Of a stretch of DNA of 20,000 nt, positions 11,012 through 16,466 are shown one piece after another. How positions within the stretch are numbered: the stretch's first letter is position 1; the number at the start of each line of letters is the position of its first letter. This stretch comes from Hydrurus foetidus. Taxonomy: Eukaryota. The stretch spans positions 118,749-138,748 of the forward strand of contig UYFQ01000098.1 of the NCBI GenBank assembly GCA_900617105.1, in the 5' to 3' direction. The translations under genes were made by a program, and so were the position numbers. The notes beneath the pieces are model-generated. The model was not told the DNA's origin. It saw only the letters and a program-made list of their open reading frames with translations, and searched no databases.

Positions 11012-12103
11012 TCAGATGCGATTAGTGGAAGCGCCTGTGACATCCATGTGCGTGTTGGCCGCGAGCTTGTCGCTGGAAAAGGAATTGGATCTCATGTGCC
11101 TGCAATCAACGCCGCGATGGCTGTCATAGCCGTGGTGGTAACAGTAGACCCGGTCCTTTGGGGCATCGGTGGCTGATTTCTTGGCAACGACAGGTCGATT
11201 TGGTGGATTTTTATAACGAGGCGCGGCTGCTTTTTGTACGGCGGCAGTAATAATGGCGACAAATGCTGGAGAGTGAAGGAGCTCTGTGACGGAAGTGTGG
11301 CCGATTGGAACGTCTGTTGGTACGATGGTTGTCGCGGCATAACCCATGGATGCTGCTGTAGGCGCAAAATTGGGAGCTTGTTGGAGAACGTGAGTGGTGA
11401 GGTCACGATATATTTGATTGCCAACTAGCGGGTGAGTTACTAGGTATGATTCGATTGCGTGATGGATGTGAGGTAATGTTTTGACCGCCTCGCGAAAGTA
11501 GTGACATTTGTCTAACTCTGAGAGAGGTTGTTGCGCTTCGGCGAATTGGTCATGAAGAAGCTGGTGCACCCCGATGAAATCTTGTAGTGATTCGGATGGG
11601 GTCATAGTGTTGGACAATTGGGCGCGAAGGTGCGCGAAGTCACTGCGATCGAGCGTGCCGTGCAGTACGGTGAGATGCGTCAAAATTGTTGAAGCAGTAA
11701 CGTTTAGTAAACCGAAAAATGGGTCGTGAAGGATTACAAGATCAGCTGGTTGAACGCTGGCGAGTAGTTGCGCTTTCAGCGTGCGGAGGTTGTCGGTGAC
11801 GAGAACGTTGTCGGCAAGTCGCCGCTCCCAAACTTTGATTGTAAGGGCACTTGCTGCGGCAGGTGGCGTCGCAGGAATCGTAACATTTGGACGCGGGAGA
11901 ATTTCGTTGGGAAGGTCTGGATTGGCATTTGGGACGGAGTTCCCAGGTAGTTGGGCCCATTGGGCGTCGCTTACAATGTATCTAAGCAACCCGTGCTGAT
12001 GGACTGTGGTGCACGCAGCGCCATAAGCGGCAACGACTGCTCTGTAGAAAAATCTATATTGCTGCCGAGGATTTTCCAGATTTGTGGCGGGGAAGGATGT
12101 CAT
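11012..12103 (-). CDS. gag: Copia Gag (363 aa from ATG at 12103)
   Basis: ORF between the 5' LTR and pol; first ATG in an ACCACCATGA context; C-terminal knuckle YCYHHGYDSHRGVDC (C-x2-H-x4-H-x4-C). Confidence 0.9.
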   Translation of the reverse strand: MTSFPATNLENPRQQYRFFYRAVVAAYGAACTTVHQHGLLRYIVSDAQWAQLPGNSVPNANPDLPNEILPRPNVTIPATPPAAASALTIKVWERRLADNVLVTDNLRTLKAQLLASVQPADLVILHDPFFGLLNVTASTILTHLTVLHGTLDRSDFAHLRAQLSNTMTPSESLQDFIGVHQLLHDQFAEAQQPLSELDKCHYFREAVKTLPHIHHAIESYLVTHPLVGNQIYRDLTTHVLQQAPNFAPTAASMGYAATTIVPTDVPIGHTSVTELLHSPAFVAIITAAVQKAAAPRYKNPPNRPVVAKKSATDAPKDRVYCYHHGYDSHRGVDCRHMRSNSFSSDKLAANTHMDVTGASTNRI

Positions 12104-12114
12104 GGTGGTCGTCG

Positions 12115-12125
12115 TTAATTCCAAC
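12115..12125 (-). other. Primer-binding-site position: GTTGGAATTAA, complementary to LTR-internal TTAATTCCAAC (putative self-priming site)
   Basis: Directly follows the 5' LTR on the - strand; perfect 11-nt inverted repeat with 12186-12196. Confidence 0.7.
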
Positions 12126-12323
12126 TATTGATGTCCCAGTTGAAGAGCACACCAAGAGTGAAATGAATGGGCTTATTTCACGATTGTTGGAATTAAATTA
12201 TGGGAGAAGTGATTGACTATCTGTTGATTCAAATGACAATGTTTGTAAATGATAAATTGCGTACGATGAACTACCATCTAAAGTAGTTATGTACTGCATA
12301 TGTCGTGCGTACGTTAATCAACA
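12126..12323 (-). repeat. 5' LTR of the copia element (198 bp)
   Basis: Matches 6825-7036 except for 3 substitutions and a 14-bp gap; ends in ...TCAATA rather than ...TCAACA on the - strand. Confidence 0.95.
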
Positions 12324-12504
12324 ATTTTGACTTTGATGAAAAAAAGTAATACCAAAACACGGACCAAATGTATGGCACTCGACTGTAGGAGATTATTTCC
12401 TGTTTCATGCAATTAAACGACCCCAAAGGGTTTGTCCCCACATAGGGTGTAGCTATTCTGCTATACCCAACAGTGGACAGCGGGTAGGTATTTATTAGAG
12501 CTCG

Positions 12505-12660
12505 GTGCCGGACCCGACACCGGCCGGCATTTTCGGTCGGCATTGCCTGCCGGCACTGAAGCCGAACGCCTTTTTAGTGGCCGGCATTTGCCGGACCTTA
12601 TGCCGGACCCCATGCCGGACCTATTCCGGTCCGGCATGGGGTCCGGCATGGGCACCGGTA
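12505..12660. repeat. hAT subterminal TGCCGG(ACC) motif array including a 22-bp perfect palindrome
   Basis: Many TGCCGG/CCGGCA copies in both orientations; arms 12600-12621 and 12628-12649 are perfect reverse complements. Confidence 0.85.
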
Positions 12661-12845
12661 AATGACTTAATCGTCTCTTTGCGGATGATTCTGTAGGTAC
12701 CTTAAGCTCTAGAGCCTAGATTCGAGAATGTAAGCTGCGCTCCTGTCAAGTGCTGTAATCTGTGAGGCTTCAAATTCAAATTGTCAGCAGAGAAATTCAA
12801 GTTCTTATTGAAATCAGAGCTGAGAAGGATCAAAACATCAGAACC

Positions 12846-13150
12846 ATGTCCAGTGCCTCTGCTTCAGCCGCATCTTACAGCTTACCAGCGTTGTCGTCGT
12901 CGGAAGATCCTCCCAGCCCTTCCGCATCACAGTCTGGGCAACCGGAATTTGAGAATATTATCAGGGTGGCTCTTGCCAGTAGATTTGCAAAAATCAGAAC
13001 AAAAAAACATCGTGGGTGTGGACATATCTCACTGCAACATTACGAGATCCCTTATGCGATATCTGCAAAAGCGTCGTGAGGTACGGGAAAGCGAAGAGCA
13101 CTTTCTCACTAGACCACACTGTATGACTCCGTACCACGCGTTTTATCGGA
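12846..13150 (+). pseudogene. Frameshifted 5' fragment of hAT transposase (BED zinc finger)
   Basis: ATG 12846 MSSASASAAS...RTKK; shifting frame in the A7 run (13001-13007) gives TSWVWTYLTATLRDPLCDICKSVVRYGKAKSTFSL, and a second shift gives HCMTPYH. This fits the BED pattern S-x-VW..C-x2-C..ST-x-x-L..H..H. Confidence 0.75.
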
Positions 13151-14139
13151 CATTTCCGCTTGTTCCTTGACTCGATCCCGGGACTTTTTTTGACTTTAGT
13201 GTAATCCACTGTAATACTCATAACGCACTAGGACATGAGAGGATCGTACCCGCGAGTGGCGACAGGAAGATTCGGACAGTTGACCACTATACCAGTGAGT
13301 GATTTGTTCTGTCAATACTGATGTATTCGACGATCTAAAGGAAACGCCGGCCGCCGGCATGAGACCAAAAGGGTTCGGCAAATTTACCGAACCCCATTTC
13401 GGGGTCCGGCACCAAGCTCTAGTATTTATGCAGTCGTAACGTCGTAACTCTCGTGTGGCCAATATTTCGGAATTTGTCATTCGCATCTATAGAGTTTAGA
13501 GCACTCTCACTATCAGAAAGGCACAACAGTGTTGATGACTAAGTGATGTTGTCGTCCGCGATAACGAGCGATGTTGAATTAGGCACGCCACTCCAGATAT
13601 TTGACTCGGAGAAACCATGAAATATTTCCTGGCGCCTACTTTACTTCTACTGTCATGGGGTCGGCCTTCTTGGTGCTATCCTTGTATCATTTGTCTTCTT
13701 GCTATGTATAGGGCCTGCGTTGATCCTATACCCTTACGAATTGAGCTTTTCTAACAAATTTTTCCGTGCCGAGGTGGACTTTTTCCTCAACATCGGTATT
13801 ACTCTGCACAACACGTTTGGCACTCTAATTCTGTCTTTGGCTTCCGTTTCCTCGATACAGCCCTCGGAGCAGTAGTTTGGATCAGAAAAACGACCGCACG
13901 CCGTATCCTAACGGCGGTACAAATAATCTGCGTGATCGCATTTTATATGCCCTATTATGTCGGTGGCTGGGTTACAATGTATCACTTCATGTCTGGAGAA
14001 GCTTCGAATTTGAGATGAAAACTTGCTCGACCAATCACGAGAACGGCGTGGAAGGCAAAGCTATCCACGGACGTCAGCCAAGCAAAGCTTGCGGCGAGAG
14101 ATGGGCAGAAGTTAACTGAGTTAACTCTGCACAAAAATT

Positions 14140-14488
14140 TGGGTTTGCTGAGATGAAACTCAAGCAACCACAAGACAGTCAAGTATCGGGAGAGAAATCT
14201 CAACCCGAGTGACTAAGTTTACGGCAACCAGACTTCGGAGACTTGCTCGCGATAGTAAGAATTGCTCGCAAACGAGAATGTCGAATAAAATTCGAGGTTC
14301 TCTACGCAGGTAATCGGTATGGGATTGCTGAGATGAAACTCAAGCAACCACAAAATAGTCAAGTATCGGGAGAGACCGAGTGACTAAGTTTACGGCAACC
14401 AGACTTCGGAGACTTGCTCGCGATAGTAAGAATTGCTCGCAAACGAGAATTTCGAATAAAATTCGAGATTCTCCACGCAGGTAATCGG
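14140..14488. repeat. Two-copy tandem duplication, ~180-bp unit
   Basis: 14140-14317 and 14320-14488 are near-identical (TTGCTGAGATGAAACTCAAGCAACC...ACGCAGGTAATCGG), with a few substitutions and a short indel after GGGAGAGA. Confidence 0.92.
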
Positions 14489-14690
14489 GTGAGTTAGGGC
14501 AGCAGGGTAGCGTAGAGGATGGTAGCTTAGAGTAGGAGGATAGGGTCTAAAGAATAGAAACTAAAGGAAGTAGATCTGCTGTGACCTTGGAAGGCAAAGA
14601 GAAGGGAGGTCTAAAGGCTAAAAGGAGCTTGTTAGTTAGAGATGCAAACAGAAGGTACGCTAGTAACTTCTGCAAAGCAGCACAAACTAG

Positions 14691-15423
14691 CTAGTGACTG
14701 ATAGTCGTGGCTGTGAACACGAAGGTACTAAGGTGGAAACAGCATCTAATCGGCTGAATGGGGTAGCAGACCCTGAGGGAGCCACACCCCTTGTTCTCTT
14801 TAATCCCCAGCGGCAACATCCCAACAGCTGAGGCAACTGTAATGATGCGAGGCAGATTCAGCTTTCGCTGCTTCTTGAGTGAATTCTCAATGGCTGAGCC
14901 AGTCACGGTGGATTGTGTCGGTGCATGGCGCTTGAGCCTTGCGACTGGAACAGTCCTATCGGATGCCTCCAATTTCGTAAAGAAATTGGCGATGGCCTTC
15001 ACGTAGCCAGTATCCAAATCCTTGAAGAAGATAGATTTCGTTGTTGCCTTCAGTAAAAGTAACAGTTCAGCTATAGGAATTCAGATATCTTACTTTGTAT
15101 GGTATTAACTCCTTGTGGTGAGTTTTAATGTGACTCCGTAGGTTACAGTTCACGTAGGCCATGTCGACGCCGCATACAACTAAAACGTTCTTCTCGTAAC
15201 GTTGTACGAGGCAAGTTCCCCTCGGTTTACCGACGTCGTGTGACGGGTAGTACTTAGTAAAGTAGTTGTGGTAGTTGGAGTCATTGCTGACCCATTTGAT
15301 TGCAGGAATACTACTTGCTAGCACAACACCAACACCTTCCCTTCCATCTGAATCCTTAGAGATGACTTGTTTGGCGCGATCGCCTAGCCAGTGAAAACCT
15401 ACCTCTAAAGTTTCGGTGGGCAT
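14691..15423 (-). pseudogene. Truncated hAT-like transposase 5' part (BED-like finger plus Hermes-type DNA-binding motif), one 46-nt intron
   Basis: ATG 15423; exon 15423-15094 contains YHNYFTKYY..GTCLV..VCGVDMAYVNCNLRSHIKTHHKE; GTAAGA..AAG intron 15093-15048 joins in phase 0 to the 14691-15017 frame, which contains IITVASAVGMLPLGIKENKG (compare hAT 'lPfsivenegF'). No catalytic domain follows. Confidence 0.65.
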
Positions 15424-15439
15424 AATCAATTTTATCTGA

Positions 15440-15680
15440 ATTATAGACCATAGATCATAGTGCATAGCTATGCTCTGCAAAGACGAAAATATTCAAGACC
15501 ATAGATCATAGACCATAGATTACCAGATTATTTTTTTTTGAAAATTCAGATCATAGATCATAGATCATAGATCATAGATCATAGAATCTCAAACCAATTC
15601 ATAGAATATAGACTATAATCTATGAATTGGTGGAATCTATGGTCTATGATCTATGGGCAAAAAAAAGCTGCCCACCTCTG
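15440..15680 (-). mobile_element. 5' end of the second hAT element: TIR CAGAGGTGGGCA plus (ATAGAYC)n subterminal array
   Basis: The - strand from 15680 reads CAGAGGTGGGCAGCTTTTTTTTGCCCATAGATCATAGACC. 7-mer ATAGATC/ATAGACC repeats occur in clusters at ~15443-15465, ~15497-15520 and ~15548-15585, and inverted at ~15618-15655, directly upstream of the transposase ATG. Confidence 0.7.
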
Positions 15681-16341
15681 CTCACAACCTTCGTTTTGGT
15701 GTTGCTTAAAGCTTAGTGCTGAAGCGAAACAAAACAATATTCCGCGGGAATACATTGAATTCAATAGGCTCTCGTACGTTCGATACTGTTTATATGATTC
15801 AAAAATGCAAATAAAAAACAAAAAATAAAAAGTTTGATCCGAGGAATCTTACGCAGCTTCATAATGGAAAATTGCTATGCAATATTCAAGAAATATAGGC
15901 TCTAGTACGCCATATCTATTGCCTTCCACCGTTGATCGGCACGACTCTCGAACAAACTAATGTGATATTCTAGGGAAATGATACATATGCATACATACAT
16001 TTGTTCATATATATACATCAGGCTCTCGTTCGTTCGATCCTGCCCTTGACTTCAACATTTCTTTAAATTTGGCCAAGGCCAAACTTCATTCTTATGAGAG
16101 TGAATGTCATACTATTCCGTTAACCTTGCGAGTTCATAGGAACACAGATATCGAACTTTTGTTAAGTCGTATAACTGTAAATAATTATGATTTCATGTCA
16201 TTGACAGCTTTTACTTTAGTATCTCTCATGCGCTCTGTGCTGAGAACAAAAGGAAATGTGACACTCGTTGGCGCGAGTTTGAAGAAAGGGAAGCGATAGC
16301 CAAGCTTGACCCACTTCATTGGCACAAATATACTAGGCGTA

Positions 16342-16418
16342 TGATATCCGAGGGTTTCGAACCCGAGGAACCTGAGTTATAGTCGATCACCCCAACCTAT
16401 GATTTGTTGAAGGGTATC
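16342..16418 (-). other. Degenerate tRNA-like sequence (pseudo-tRNA or SINE head?)
   Basis: 77 nt with T-loop/B-box GGGTTCGAAACCC, 6/7 acceptor pairing (GATACCC/GGATATC-A) and a 4-bp D stem (CAAC/GTTG). The T stem pairs only 3/5, and there is no clean anticodon arm or A-box. Confidence 0.35.
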
Positions 16419-16466
16419 ACACAGATTGAACTCGTTCGTTAAAGAGAGCCATACGGTCTATGCCAA

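Larger units (their letters stand above)
6825..12323 (-). mobile_element. Full-length Ty1/copia LTR retrotransposon (CoDi-like), 5499 bp
   Basis: Two LTRs, 5-bp TSD ATTTT (6820-6824 and 12324-12328), polypurine tract (PPT), intact gag and pol with PR-IN-RT-RH (copia) domain order. Confidence 0.97.
6544..12385. mobile_element. Tc1/mariner-type MITE (~338 bp) interrupted by the copia element; pieces 6544-6824 and 12329-12385
   Basis: 22-bp terminal inverted repeats (TIRs) CCGTCGAGTGCCATACATTTGG (6544-6565) and CCAAATGTATGGCACTCGACTG (12364-12385), 21/22 match, each flanked by TA (6542-6543, 12386-12387). A CAGT-type terminus plus TA TSD is typical of IS630/Tc1/mariner (including pogo). No coding capacity. 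Confidence 0.8.
12496..13421 (+). mobile_element. Non-autonomous (internally deleted) hAT DNA transposon, 926 bp
   Basis: TIRs TAGAGCTCGGTGCCGGACCC (12496-12515) and GGGTCCGGCACCAAGCTCTA (13402-13421), 19/20 match; perfect 8-bp TSD GTATTTAT (12488-12495, 13422-13429); YARNG-type end; subterminal TGCCGG/CCGGCA repeats at both ends. Confidence 0.93.

Noticed and set aside
7086..11999. Many short overlapping ORFs in and around copia gag/pol, including a possible extra ORF at 7086-7274
   Set aside because: Alternative-frame by-products of GC-richer sequence; no env-like or other recognisable domain.
12108..12123. TGGAATTAACG... as a classical tRNA PBS (TGG two nt after the LTR)
   Set aside because: Beyond TGG it matches no tRNA 3' end I recognise, while the 11-nt LTR complement explains it; not fully excluded without the host tRNA set.
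6418..12455. A further outer TIR pair (GTGGCTACATCA / GGGTGTAGCTAT) enclosing the MITE
   Set aside because: Only 8/12 match and no TSD.
13730..13900. Minus-strand peptide YCSEGC... suggestive of a zinc-finger fragment
   Set aside because: Short, bounded by stops and lacking the other ligands; cannot be supported.
14146..14170. CTGAGATGAAAC resembling a hammerhead ribozyme core in a tandem repeat (retrozyme-like)
   Set aside because: Not CUGANGA, no helix II between the core halves and no helix III/NUH; it folds more simply as one hairpin.
15443..15655. Regular short repeats as a CRISPR-like array
   Set aside because: 7-mer units in both orientations with no unique equal-length spacers, eukaryotic context and no cas genes; explained as hAT subterminal repeats.
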